A DNA stretch of 64,000 bases from Pseudomonadota bacterium (GTDB lineage: Bacteria > Pseudomonadota > Alphaproteobacteria > Caulobacterales > Caulobacteraceae): contig CAUJHO010000005.1 of the NCBI GenBank assembly GCA_963205025.1, positions 56,708 through 120,707 on the forward strand. Reading direction: 5' to 3'. Below, one piece after another: positions 1 to 9,650 of the stretch. The translations under genes and the position numbers were made by a program. Every line of letters starts with the position of its first letter. Position 1 is the stretch's first letter. The notes below the pieces were generated by a model. It did not search any database and was not told the origin of the DNA. It saw nothing but the letters and a program-made list of their open reading frames with translations.

Positions 1-1
1 C

Positions 2-523
2 AAGCTGTGGGCCCATGAATGGGCCGGGATGACGCCGGACATCATGGCGGTGGCCAAGGCGCTGGGCGGCGGTTTCCCGATCGGGGCGTGTCTGGCCACG
101 ACCGAGGCGGCCAAGGGCATGACCGTGGGCGTCCACGGCTCGACCTTCGGCGGCAATCCGCTGGCCATGGCGGTTGGCCTGGCCGCGCTGGAGGAACTGT
201 CGAGCCCGGCGACCCTGGACAATGTCCGCGAGGTTTCGGGCTATCTGGTGCAGCAATTAGAAGGCCTGAAGGACCGGTTCCCGGACGTCATCGTCGAGGT
301 GCGCGGCAAGGGCCTGTTGCTGGGGGCCAAGCTGGTTCCGAACAACCGCGAATTCATGGGTTGGGCCCGCGACCATGCCCAGCTGCTGGTCGCCGGCGGC
401 GGCGACAATCTGGTGCGGATCCTGCCGCCGCTGAACCTGACGATGCCGGAGGCCCAGGAGGCCATCCGCCGCTTCGAACAGACCTGCGAATACGCCCGCG
501 AACAGATCAAGGCAGCCGGCTGA
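2..523 (+). CDS. argD: Acetylornithine aminotransferase, 3' part (gene begins before the window)
   Basis: Class III PLP aminotransferase motifs [28 protein letters not shown] and VRGKGLL; stop overlaps the argF start (TGATG at 521-525). Confidence 0.93.
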   Translation, partial: KLWAHEWAGMTPDIMAVAKALGGGFPIGACLATTEAAKGMTVGVHGSTFGGNPLAMAVGLAALEELSSPATLDNVREVSGYLVQQLEGLKDRFPDVIVEVRGKGLLLGAKLVPNNREFMGWARDHAQLLVAGGGDNLVRILPPLNLTMPEAQEAIRRFEQTCEYAREQIKAAG

Positions 524-1437
524 TGGTCCGGCACTTTCTGGACCTCTACCGGCTGACGCCGGATGATCTCCGGTCGATTCTCGATGATGCGCGCGACCGC
601 AAGGCGGCGCGCGCCGGCTGGCCCAAGGGTAAGGTCGACGCCGACGCGCCGGCTCGGGACCGTGTCCTGGCCATGATTTTCGAGAAGAACTCGACGCGCA
701 CGCGCTTCTCGTTCGACGCCGGCATCCGCCAGCTCGGCGGCGACGCCATCATCGCCAACGCCGCTGACATGCAGCTTGGACGCGGGGAATCCATCGAGGA
801 CACCGCCCGGGTCCTGTCGCGCATGGTCGATCTGGTCATGATCCGCGCCAACAACCACGAGGACGTCGTACGCTTCGCCCAGGCGTCGAGCGTGCCGGTC
901 ATCAACGGCCTGACCGACCGTAGCCATCCGTGCCAGATCCTGGCCGATCTGATGACGATCGAAGAGCGTCTCGGTGACATCGCCGGCAAGACCCTGGCCT
1001 GGGTCGGCGACGGCAACAACGTCTGCGCCAGCCTGATCCACGCCGCGCCGCTTCTGGGCTACCAGTTCCGCATCGCCTGCCCGGCCGACTACCATCCGGA
1101 TCTGTTCGACCTTCAGCGCGGCGGCAACAATGTCTGGCTGGGCACCGATCCGGCCGAGGCGGTGGCCGGGGCCGATGTCGTCATTACCGACACCTGGGTT
1201 TCGATGGGCGACGAGGATCATGAGGCCCGCCTGGAGGCCTTTGACGACTACGCCGTCGATGAGGCCCTGATGGCGCGCGCCGCCGGCCACGCCATCTTCC
1301 TGCACTGTCTGCCGGCGCATCGCGGCGAAGAGGTGACTGACGCGGTCCTCGACGGTCCGCAGTCGGCGGCCTGGGACGAGGCCGAAAACCGGATCCACGC
1401 CCAGAAGGCGATCATGGCATGGTGCCTGAAAGGCTGA
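523..1437 (+). CDS. argF: Ornithine carbamoyltransferase
   Basis: [27 protein letters not shown] and [11 protein letters not shown] motifs; true ATG at 523 inside the longer computed ORF. Confidence 0.97.
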   Translation: MVRHFLDLYRLTPDDLRSILDDARDRKAARAGWPKGKVDADAPARDRVLAMIFEKNSTRTRFSFDAGIRQLGGDAIIANAADMQLGRGESIEDTARVLSRMVDLVMIRANNHEDVVRFAQASSVPVINGLTDRSHPCQILADLMTIEERLGDIAGKTLAWVGDGNNVCASLIHAAPLLGYQFRIACPADYHPDLFDLQRGGNNVWLGTDPAEAVAGADVVITDTWVSMGDEDHEARLEAFDDYAVDEALMARAAGHAIFLHCLPAHRGEEVTDAVLDGPQSAAWDEAENRIHAQKAIMAWCLKG

Positions 1438-1438
1438 T

Positions 1439-1645
1439 CTAGCGCCGGCCGGTTTCGAAGCCGGCCAGGTTCAGCAGGTGAACCACCGCAAACAGGGCGA
1501 TGGCGGCCGCCAGCACCATCAGGAACCGATAGGGCAACATCCGTGGTCCCCGGACCAGGTCCGGCGGCTGGGCACCTCGCCAGCCGAAGAACAGCGTCAA
1601 ACCGACGGCACAGGCGAGCAGGATGAGGGTGGCACTCAACGACAT
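1439..1645 (-). CDS. Small two-TM membrane protein, function unknown
   Basis: 68 aa; two hydrophobic segments around a GAQPPDLVRGPRMLPY loop; fits between argF and the podJ promoter. Confidence 0.75.
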   Translation of the reverse strand: MSLSATLILLACAVGLTLFFGWRGAQPPDLVRGPRMLPYRFLMVLAAAIALFAVVHLLNLAGFETGRR

Positions 1646-1702
1646 GGCGGCCAGATGGGACCGATGCCGCGCCGACGCAACAGCTTGTCATGTCGTTAAG
1701 GA

Positions 1703-1832
1703 TTTACTCGCCGTTAACCACGTTTGACCGACCAAGGGATATCAAGGGCCGGTGGGCCCCCGAAGGTGGACGGCGGACTGTCCACAAAAAACCTCGGGTG
1801 CCCCTAGATATTGGGGTTAACGGTGCGTTTAC
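1703..1832 (+). promoter_or_regulatory. Two imperfect CtrA-type boxes upstream of podJ
   Basis: TTTA-ctcgccg-TTAAC at 1703-1718 and TTAA-cggtgcg-TTTAC at 1817-1832, each one mismatch from TTAA-N7-TTAA; a GAATC (CcrM site) at 1879-1883 just before the ATG. Confidence 0.6.
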
Positions 1833-1884
1833 ACCCAAGAAATGGGCGTCTACCGTGACGAAGCAAGCGGTCGGGAGCGAATCA

Positions 1885-4590
1885 ATGAGCGGGGCGGCGC
1901 CTTGGAGCGTTAAGGGGATCGAGCCCCGCACCCGGGAGGTCGCCAAGGATCTTGCGCGCCGTTCGGGCATGACGCTGGGCGAATGGCTCTCGGAAATGAT
2001 CGCCGACAACAGCGCCGATGAGTTTGCGGATGAGCGCCGGCGTCAGCCGCGCCGCTATGACGATGCCTATTCCCTCCGTGGCGAGGATGCGACCGCGGCC
2101 CTGCGCTCGATCGAGGCTCTGTCGTCGCGGCTGGAAGGATCCGAGCGTCGTTCACTGGTCGCCATCGACGGCGTCGATCGGGCCGTCGCCGGGCTGGTTC
2201 GTCGCATGGAGGAGGCCGAGGCCCAGTCGGCCTCACGGGATCGCCGGCTCGACGAAATGTCGGATTCGATGCGCGAGGGCCGCGCCCGGGTGCGTCAGTT
2301 CGAGGACGAGACGGGTCCGCGCTACACCGAAGCCTTCGGCAAGATCGAAGGGGCGATCGGCAAGCTGGCCGGTCAGTTCTATGAGGCCGAGGCGCGCGGG
2401 CGCGACGCCTCTCAGGGCCTCCGTGAGCGGATGGATCGCATCGAGCGCGAAGGGCCGTCCGGCGGTGCGATCGAGGGCGTCGTCAGCCGCATCTCCCAGC
2501 GTCTCGAGGAAGCCCAGAGCCGCACGACCCAGTCCCTCGCCAAGCTTGAGCAGTCCTTTGCCGACCTCGATCGGCGTCTCGCCCGGGCCGAAACGGGTCC
2601 GTCAGAGTCCGGCCAGGCCGCGACCCTGGAGCGGCTGGCCGAAGGCCTGACCCGCAAGGTCGAGGAATCCCGCACCGAAATGATGCGCCGGCTTGATGTC
2701 GCCGCCTCGGACGGTCGCATGGACAAGGTCGAGCGCGCCCTGGCCGAACTGGGTGCTCACCTGCAAGCGTCGGAGCGTCGTCAGGCTCAGGCCCTTGAGG
2801 CCATGGGCCGCGAGGTCGTCCGCATCGCCTCCAATCTCGACGGTCGACTGAAGGAGGCCGAGCAGGCCCATCAGGAGACGCTGGTCGCTACGCAGGAGAA
2901 GGCGCTCAAGGCGGTAGAGACGATGGGGCAGGAGCTGTCGAAGTCGCTGGGGTCGGACGTCGCGCGCGTGGCCGAGGCCATTGAACACCGCCTGCGCCGG
3001 GCCGACGATCAGCATGCCATCGGTCTGGAGAAGCTGGGCGGCGAGATCGCCCGGATTTCGGAACGCCTGGCCGAGCGCATCTCTCAGAGCGAGCGCAGCG
3101 CCGCCCAGGGCGTCGATGAGCTGAGCGACCGGCTGAACAAGGCCTCCGAGAAGATGGAGGCGCGCTACGAGCGAGCCTCCGGCGAGCTGGCCGAACGGAT
3201 GCGCCAGTCCGAGGAACGGACCGCCAAGCTCCTGGCCGAAGCGCGCGAGAGCATCGACAAACAGCTGGCCAAGCGGGCGGTCGAGCCGGCGCGAGGCTGG
3301 GACAGCGAGGCCTTTCCGTCGGAGACTTTCGATGGCGGCTGGCCGGCCGAGCGGGACGCGGCCTCGGCCCTGGACCCGCTGGACGCCTTCGGCCCGGCCC
3401 ACGATGTGTTCGCCGATCCGGCCCCGGCCCCGGCCGTGGTCGCCCGCGCAACCGAGGCGCTGACTGGCCATGCGGCGGACCCCTTCGTCGGCCTGGAGCC
3501 TGACGCGACGCCGATCGACTCCCGAGCCCCGGTCCAGGTGCCTTTCGCCGGCCAGACCGATCCGGCCGCCGGCCCCTTCGCCGGGCCGTTTGACGACACC
3601 TTCGGTGGCGCGGCGGTCGAGCTAGAGGCCTTCGATCCCCCGACCGAATTCCTGACGGACCGGCACGGCCAGGCCGAGCGCCCGTTGAGCACGCGCGAGG
3701 CCATCGAGGCGGCCCGCGCCGCGACGCGGCGAGGCGAGGTGGGCGACGAACCCGGCGAAGAGCGCAGGTCGTTCGGCTTCCGGCTCGGAGGCGGGGGCAA
3801 GTCCCGTCTCCAGAAGCGGGTGGAAAAGCAGAGCCGCCGCGAGGGTTCGACGCTGGGCAAGGCGCTGGCTGCAACCACCACGGCGGCGGTCATCGTCGGG
3901 TTCGGCGTGGCCGGCGTGCTCGGCTATCAGCGGCTGGTTCAGCAGGGTTCGGCGATCCCCGGCATGCCGGCGACGGCCGGTCCCGACCTGGCGGCCGCAG
4001 CGACCGCCCCGACCGAGCCCCAGATCGCTCCGCCCTCGGCCCAGGCCCAGGCCGAAGCCCAGGCCCTGTTCGACCAGGCCATGCCCCTGATCGACGCCGG
4101 CGATGCCGAAGGTGTGCGGATGATGAGCCGCGCGGCCAATCTCGGCTATCCCGCCGCGCAGCTGACCATGGCCCGCCTCTATGAGACGGGCGAGGGCGGC
4201 GTGACCATCGATCTGGCAGAAGCGCGTCGCTGGGCTGAGCGCGCCGCCAACGGTGGCGACGCCAACGCCATGCACTTCCTGGCGATGTATCTGTATCAAG
4301 GCACCGGCGGCCCGGTGGATCAGGCCCAGGCCATGACCTGGTTCGGCGAGGCGGCCGACCGCGGTTTCGTCGACAGCCAGTACAATCTGGCGCGCCTGTA
4401 TGAGCGCGGGATCGACGGCGTGGCTCCGGATCTGACCCGCGCCTACCAGTGGTACATCGTGGCCGGGCGCTCAGGAGATGCCGGGGCTGAGGAGGCGGCG
4501 GCGCGCCTGCGCTCCCAGGTGCCGGCCAGCCAGCGCCTGATCGCCGAACGCGAGGCCGACAGCTTCCAGGCTGAAGCCTCGCGGGGCTGA
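1885..4590 (+). CDS. podJ: Polar organelle development protein PodJ-like
   Basis: N-terminus PWSVKGIEPRTREVAKDLARRSGMTLGEWL matches PodJ; long coiled coil, acidic/Pro-rich linker, one TM (AVIVGFGVAGVLGY), three Sel1-like repeats. Confidence 0.9.
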   Translation: MSGAAPWSVKGIEPRTREVAKDLARRSGMTLGEWLSEMIADNSADEFADERRRQPRRYDDAYSLRGEDATAALRSIEALSSRLEGSERRSLVAIDGVDRAVAGLVRRMEEAEAQSASRDRRLDEMSDSMREGRARVRQFEDETGPRYTEAFGKIEGAIGKLAGQFYEAEARGRDASQGLRERMDRIEREGPSGGAIEGVVSRISQRLEEAQSRTTQSLAKLEQSFADLDRRLARAETGPSESGQAATLERLAEGLTRKVEESRTEMMRRLDVAASDGRMDKVERALAELGAHLQASERRQAQALEAMGREVVRIASNLDGRLKEAEQAHQETLVATQEKALKAVETMGQELSKSLGSDVARVAEAIEHRLRRADDQHAIGLEKLGGEIARISERLAERISQSERSAAQGVDELSDRLNKASEKMEARYERASGELAERMRQSEERTAKLLAEARESIDKQLAKRAVEPARGWDSEAFPSETFDGGWPAERDAASALDPLDAFGPAHDVFADPAPAPAVVARATEALTGHAADPFVGLEPDATPIDSRAPVQVPFAGQTDPAAGPFAGPFDDTFGGAAVELEAFDPPTEFLTDRHGQAERPLSTREAIEAARAATRRGEVGDEPGEERRSFGFRLGGGGKSRLQKRVEKQSRREGSTLGKALAATTTAAVIVGFGVAGVLGYQRLVQQGSAIPGMPATAGPDLAAAATAPTEPQIAPPSAQAQAEAQALFDQAMPLIDAGDAEGVRMMSRAANLGYPAAQLTMARLYETGEGGVTIDLAEARRWAERAANGGDANAMHFLAMYLYQGTGGPVDQAQAMTWFGEAADRGFVDSQYNLARLYERGIDGVAPDLTRAYQWYIVAGRSGDAGAEEAAARLRSQVPASQRLIAEREADSFQAEASRG

Positions 4591-4648
4591 CGGTCCGGAT
4601 CATCCGGCCCGCGTCGAGGCGCGAGCCCCCCATTTGCCGGCGAGGACC

Positions 4649-5572
4649 TTGGACGTCTATCTGCCCATAGCCGAGGTGTCGGTCAACGCGCCGCTTCTGT
4701 TGGCGCTGGGTGCCCTGGTCGGCTTTGTTTCCGGCCTGTTCGGCATTGGCGGTGGCTTCCTGATGGCCCCGGTCCTGGTCTTCATGGGTATTCCGCCGGC
4801 CGTGGCTGTCGCCAGCCAGGCCAACCATGTCGTCGCCTCGTCGACTTCCAGCGTGCTGACCTACGGCCGGGCCGGAACCGTCGACTACCGCATGGGCACC
4901 GTCATGGCCGTCGGCGGGGCCATCGGTGCCCTTCTGGGCGTGGAGCTGTTCCGCTTTCTGCGCCTGCTCGGCCAGGCCGACCTGGTGGTGGCGGTTTCCT
5001 ATCTGCTGCTGCTGGGGTCGATCGGAGCCCTGACCCTCAAGGAGAGTCTGACGACCATCCTGGCCCGGCGTCGGGGTGAGGCCCCGCGCCGTGAGCCGAC
5101 GCGGCGACCGCTGTGGCTCTACGGCCTGCCGCTGCGGATGCGGTTTCCGAGGTCCGGCCTCTACATCTCGGCCATCCCGCCCATGTTGCTGGGCGTGTTT
5201 GCCGGCATTCTGTCGGCGATCATGGGTGTCGGCGGCGGCTTCATCCTGGTCCCGGCCATGGTCTATCTGTTGCGGATGCGGGCCTCCGTCGTGGTCGGTA
5301 CCAGCCTCTTCCAGATCCTCATCACCACGGCCATCACCACGGTGCTGCAGGCCGGACGCAACCAGACCGTCGATGTGGTGCTGTCGACGCTTCTGATGGT
5401 CGGCGGCGTCCTGGGGGCCCAGTATGGGGCCAAGGCCTCGGCCCGTTTCCGCGCGGACGAGATGCGGGCGGCGCTGGGGCTGTTGATCCTGCTGGTCGGA
5501 CTGCAGATGGGCCTGACCCTGTTTCTGCGACCCGACGATCCGTTCGCCCTGGCTCCGGGAGGTGCGGGATGA
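4649..5572 (+). CDS. Sulfite exporter TauE/SafE family membrane protein
   Basis: Repeated GFVSGLFGIGGGFLMAP / GILSAIMGVGGGFILVP motifs; TTG start after GAGGA. Confidence 0.9.
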   Translation: MDVYLPIAEVSVNAPLLLALGALVGFVSGLFGIGGGFLMAPVLVFMGIPPAVAVASQANHVVASSTSSVLTYGRAGTVDYRMGTVMAVGGAIGALLGVELFRFLRLLGQADLVVAVSYLLLLGSIGALTLKESLTTILARRRGEAPRREPTRRPLWLYGLPLRMRFPRSGLYISAIPPMLLGVFAGILSAIMGVGGGFILVPAMVYLLRMRASVVVGTSLFQILITTAITTVLQAGRNQTVDVVLSTLLMVGGVLGAQYGAKASARFRADEMRAALGLLILLVGLQMGLTLFLRPDDPFALAPGGAG

Positions 5573-6390
5573 TGGTGCCGCCGCCGCCGCCGCCAGACCC
5601 TCCGGCCCAGGTGGCCGCGGCCCCCGTTCCACCCGGGCCGGTGGTTGTCTCGCGCAACCCGAGCATTTCGGCCGGCCTGACGAACTCTCAGATCGATGTG
5701 GATTCCGACTATTCGGGCACCTCGCTGGTCATGTACGGGGCGGTGTTCAACCCCGGCGACGACCCGGTCGATGTGGTGCTGGTGGTGCGCGGGCCGGAAC
5801 GTCCCGTTCGACTGGTTCGCAAGGTCCGGGTGGCGGGTCTATGGCTGAACAGTCGTCCGGTCGTGTTCGAGGGGGCCCCCGCCTTCTACGTCATGGCCTC
5901 GACCCGGCCGTTGTCCGACATCGCCAGCTTCGGTGTCCTGCGCCGCATGGGGGTGGGGCTGGACCATATCCGTATCGATGCGCCCGAAGAGGAGCGCACG
6001 GTCAATCTCTACGGCGTGCGCGACGTCGTCATCAACCGGCTCGGCGAGGACTATCTGGAATGGCGTCGCGCCGTGATCCGCCTGAAGGAAGATGATGGCC
6101 TGTACCAGGCCGATCCGGAGGGCGTCCGCTTCGTCGATCCAGGCCTGTTCCGGGCCGAGATCGTGCTGCCACCCGAGGCCCCGACCGGCGAATACCTGAC
6201 CGAGGTCTGGCTGTTCCAGAACGGCGAGGCCATCGCCGTGCGGCGTGACACCATCCGCGTGCGGCGCGTCGGCATCGAACGCTGGCTGCACAACTTCGCC
6301 TTCTTCCAGCCCTGGCTCTACGGCCTGGTGTCGGTGATGCTGGCGGCTCTGACGGGCTGGGCCGCATCGCGCTGGTTCCGCCGGACCTAG
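5569..6390 (+). CDS. TIGR02186-like conserved membrane protein
   Basis: DSDYSGTSLVMYGAV, VRKVRVAGLWLN and a C-terminal TM; the usual partner of this TauE gene; ATGA overlap. Confidence 0.85.
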   Translation: MMVPPPPPPDPPAQVAAAPVPPGPVVVSRNPSISAGLTNSQIDVDSDYSGTSLVMYGAVFNPGDDPVDVVLVVRGPERPVRLVRKVRVAGLWLNSRPVVFEGAPAFYVMASTRPLSDIASFGVLRRMGVGLDHIRIDAPEEERTVNLYGVRDVVINRLGEDYLEWRRAVIRLKEDDGLYQADPEGVRFVDPGLFRAEIVLPPEAPTGEYLTEVWLFQNGEAIAVRRDTIRVRRVGIERWLHNFAFFQPWLYGLVSVMLAALTGWAASRWFRRT

Positions 6391-6393
6391 GGC

Positions 6394-7101
6394 TCAGACC
6401 CCGACGGTCAGGCGAGCCACCGGCATCGCATGGACCCGGTCGTCGCCCATGATCAGGGCCGTCGTCGCCTCGGCAAACAGGCCCCGAAAGGCCGGGTCGG
6501 TCACGTTCAGCCCCCCGGCATAGGCACCGAAGGCCGGCAGGATCATGCGGCGGCCATCCGTCAGGAAACAGCGGCGGCGCACGCGGGTTCCGTAGCCCCT
6601 GACGGTGGCGACCGGATGGAGGTGGCCGGCTACCTCGCCTTCGACGGGATCCGGGCTGGGCTCGTGGGTCAGGATCAGGGATCCGATCCGTATCTGATCG
6701 ACCGTCTCACCGGCCAGGCCCTCGGGTGGTTCGGGGTCGTGATTGCCACTCAGCCAGACCAGATGCAGGCGCTGCGAAAGACCCTCGAGTCGGGCGACGG
6801 CGACCTGATCCAGGCGTCCGACCGCGCCCCGGTCGTGGAAGCTGTCGCCCATCAGGACCAGCCGCTCCGGGGTCAGGGCCTCGACCTCGGCCAGCAGCCG
6901 ATCCAGGGTCGCGGCCGTGTCATAGGGCGGCAGCAGCTGGCCGCGCGCGCCGAAGGCCGACCCCTTCTCAAGGTGCAGGTCACCCGCCGCCAGGGTCCGG
7001 GTCTCGGGCAGCCACAGAGCCCCGGAAACCCGTGCGACCAGGCGCTCGCCCTGGAGGTCGAGCTGACAGCCGCCGCAGGCGCTGCGTCGGAGCGCGTTCA
7101 T
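6394..7101 (-). CDS. pdeM: Ligase-associated DNA damage response metallophosphoesterase/endonuclease (PdeM/MPE)
   Basis: DLHLEKG, MGDSFHD, GNHD, HEP, GHLHP and LPAFGAYAGGLNV motifs; ATG at 7101 overlaps the Lhr stop. Confidence 0.92.
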   Translation of the reverse strand: MNALRRSACGGCQLDLQGERLVARVSGALWLPETRTLAAGDLHLEKGSAFGARGQLLPPYDTAATLDRLLAEVEALTPERLVLMGDSFHDRGAVGRLDQVAVARLEGLSQRLHLVWLSGNHDPEPPEGLAGETVDQIRIGSLILTHEPSPDPVEGEVAGHLHPVATVRGYGTRVRRRCFLTDGRRMILPAFGAYAGGLNVTDPAFRGLFAEATTALIMGDDRVHAMPVARLTVGV

Positions 7102-9584
7102 GGATCCAGCTCCATGGCCTCGGCGATCAGATCCTCGGCATTCTCCTGCAACAGGACATCGGCCCAAGTGCCGCCCATGACCGGCTCGCGCCCGATCTCC
7201 AGCATGGCCGGCACCGCGAACGGTGAAGGACGCGACAGGGCGGCATGACGAATGCGGCCCTGAATGCGGGCCAGCAACTGGCCGACGCGCGCCACATCCA
7301 GCTGGCCCGAGGCCGCGTCGGCGCGCGCGCATCTGAGCAGCAGATGATCCGGCTGATGCCGGCGCAGGACGTCATAGATCAGGTCCGTCGAGAAGGTGAC
7401 CTGGCGACCGGATTTCTCGTGACCGGGCAGTCGCCGCTGGATCAGGCCGGAGATCGCCGCACACTGGCGAAAGCCGCGCTTCATCATGAAGCTCTCATCG
7501 AGCCAGGCCTCCAGATCATCACCCAGCATATCCTGCTGGAACAGGGCCTCTAGATCGACATCGCCCAGCGGTCGCATGGCCCAGATCGCCAGGGCATAGT
7601 CATTGGCGACCATGCCGATGGGCAGCCGCCCGGCCCGTTCCAGCCGCCGGGCCAGGAGGTGCCCGAGCGTGCCGTGGCTGATCCGACCGTCAAAGGGATA
7701 ACAGACCAGATAGTGCCTCTGGCCGCGCTGAAAGGTTTCAACCAGCATCTCATCGGTGGACGGAATGAGCGACCGCGCCCGCTGGATCTCCAGCCATTCG
7801 CGGACCTCGTCGGGCAGGCGCGACCATCCAGCCTCATCGGCGATCAGCCGTCGGACGCGGTGCGCCAGATAGGTCGACAGGGCGAATTTTGAGCCACCCC
7901 AGCTGGGCACCATCGGGTCGGACCCCGGCGGGGCCGGGCTGACGAAACAGTCTATCTCGACCATTTCGTTGAAGCGCCAGACCTGGCCGGCAAAGGTGAA
8001 GGTGTCGCCGGCGGTCAGCTGCGACAGATAGCTCTCTTCCATCTGGCCGATGCGTCGGGCCGGTCGGCGGGGGCTGCCCAGCCGGACGTTCAGCATCGGG
8101 ATTTCGACGATCGCCCCGACATTCATCCGGTGGCGCTGGGCCGTCTCGGCGTTCCTGACCGTCCAGCGTCCCTCGCGGTCCTGGACGATCCGCCGGAAGC
8201 GGTCATAGGTCTGCAGCGCGTAGCCGCCGGAGGACACGAACGCGAGCACCTCGTCGAAATCCGGGCGGGTCAGATCGGCGTAGGGGGCGCTGGTCCTGAA
8301 TTCGGCGAACACATCGTCGGCCAGAAACGGCTCGGCGCAGGCAAGGCCCATCAGGTGCTGGGCCAGAACATCCAGCGCGCCGGTGCGCGCCGGATCGGCA
8401 TCCAGATCGTTTTCGGCCACGGCCTCCTTCGCCGCTTCGCACTCCAGCACCTCGAAACGGTGGGCCGGCACCAGCAGCGCCCGGCTCGGCTCGTCCAGCC
8501 GATGGTTGGCCCGGCCGATGCGCTGGATCAGGCGCGCTGATCCCTTGGGGGCCGCCAGCTGGATCACCAGATCGACGTCGCCCCAGTCGATGCCCAGATC
8601 CAGCGTCGAGGTACAGACCACGGCCCGAAGCTCACCCCGCGCCATGGCGGCCTCAACCTTGCGCCGCTGTTCGGCCGCCAGCGATCCATGATGCAGGGCG
8701 ATGGGCAGACCCCCATCGTTCATTTCCCACAGCATCTGAAAGGCCATTTCCGCCTGGAAGCGGGTGTTGACGAACACCAGAGCCAGCCGGGCCTGTTCGA
8801 TCCGCGCATAGACGTCCGCCATGGCGTGGGCCGCGGTCCAGCCCGACCAGGGAATGGTGCCGCTGGTGCGGTCCATGACCTCGACGATGGGCGGCGAGCC
8901 GGGGTCACCCAGCACCAGATCGGCCATATCCTCCCCCACTTCGCGGTGGGAGATCGAACGGCTCAGCCAGCGGCGAATTGCGTCGGGGTCCTGCACCGTG
9001 GCGGACAGGCCGACGCGCCGCGCCATGGGTGCAAACTGGTTCAGTCGCGCCAGCCCCAGGTTCAACAGGTCGCCCCGCTTGCCCGACCAGATGGCGTGGA
9101 CCTCGTCGATGATGATGCAGCGCAGGTCGCTGAACCAGTCGCGCCCGCCCTCCCAGGCGCACATCAGGGCCAGCTGTTCGGGCGTGGTCAGAAGGATGTC
9201 AGGCGGACTCTGTTTCTGGCGCTGGCGCTTGGAGACGGGGGTGTCGCCGGTGCGGGTCTCGATACGGACGGCCAGGCCCATCTCGCGCACCGGCGTCATC
9301 AGATTGCGCTCGACGTCGGTGGTCAGGGCCTTCAGCGGCGAGATGTAGAGCGTATGCAGGCCCGGTGCCGTATTACGCGGTCCCCGCTCAGCCAAGTCGA
9401 TCAGGCTGGGCAGGAAACCGCCCAGGGTCTTGCCACCGCCGGTCGGCGCGACCAGCAGGACGTCGAGGTCGTTGCGGCCCGCCTCGACCATCTCCAGCTG
9501 ATGGCGGCGCGGGCTCCAGCCGCGCTGGGCGAACCAGTCTGAAAAGGGGGCGGGAAGGGGCGGGGCCACGACCGCCCATAGCAC
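7098..9584 (-). CDS. Ligase-associated DNA damage response DEXH-box (Lhr-core) helicase
   Basis: APTGGGKT, SPLKAL, DEVH, GLSAT, TSTLDLGIDWGDVD and QRIGRANH motifs; start uncertain (GTG at 9584 or 9569). Confidence 0.93.
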   Translation of the reverse strand: MLWAVVAPPLPAPFSDWFAQRGWSPRRHQLEMVEAGRNDLDVLLVAPTGGGKTLGGFLPSLIDLAERGPRNTAPGLHTLYISPLKALTTDVERNLMTPVREMGLAVRIETRTGDTPVSKRQRQKQSPPDILLTTPEQLALMCAWEGGRDWFSDLRCIIIDEVHAIWSGKRGDLLNLGLARLNQFAPMARRVGLSATVQDPDAIRRWLSRSISHREVGEDMADLVLGDPGSPPIVEVMDRTSGTIPWSGWTAAHAMADVYARIEQARLALVFVNTRFQAEMAFQMLWEMNDGGLPIALHHGSLAAEQRRKVEAAMARGELRAVVCTSTLDLGIDWGDVDLVIQLAAPKGSARLIQRIGRANHRLDEPSRALLVPAHRFEVLECEAAKEAVAENDLDADPARTGALDVLAQHLMGLACAEPFLADDVFAEFRTSAPYADLTRPDFDEVLAFVSSGGYALQTYDRFRRIVQDREGRWTVRNAETAQRHRMNVGAIVEIPMLNVRLGSPRRPARRIGQMEESYLSQLTAGDTFTFAGQVWRFNEMVEIDCFVSPAPPGSDPMVPSWGGSKFALSTYLAHRVRRLIADEAGWSRLPDEVREWLEIQRARSLIPSTDEMLVETFQRGQRHYLVCYPFDGRISHGTLGHLLARRLERAGRLPIGMVANDYALAIWAMRPLGDVDLEALFQQDMLGDDLEAWLDESFMMKRGFRQCAAISGLIQRRLPGHEKSGRQVTFSTDLIYDVLRRHQPDHLLLRCARADAASGQLDVARVGQLLARIQGRIRHAALSRPSPFAVPAMLEIGREPVMGGTWADVLLQENAEDLIAEAMELDP

Positions 9585-9599
9585 GTTCCCTTTCTGTTT
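9585..9599 (-). promoter_or_regulatory. LexA (SOS) box candidate for the Lhr-pdeM operon
   Basis: GTTC-cctttct-GTTT, one mismatch from the alphaproteobacterial GTTC-N7-GTTC box, directly before the helicase start. Confidence 0.7.
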
Positions 9600-9650
9600 C
9601 CATCCGGCATGGGATGGACGCCCGCCCCCTTTGTATGTGATCACCCGCCC

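Noticed and set aside
19-522. N-terminal extension of the computed 472-aa argF ORF
   Set aside because: It overlaps argD in another frame; the OTC domain begins at the ATG at 523.
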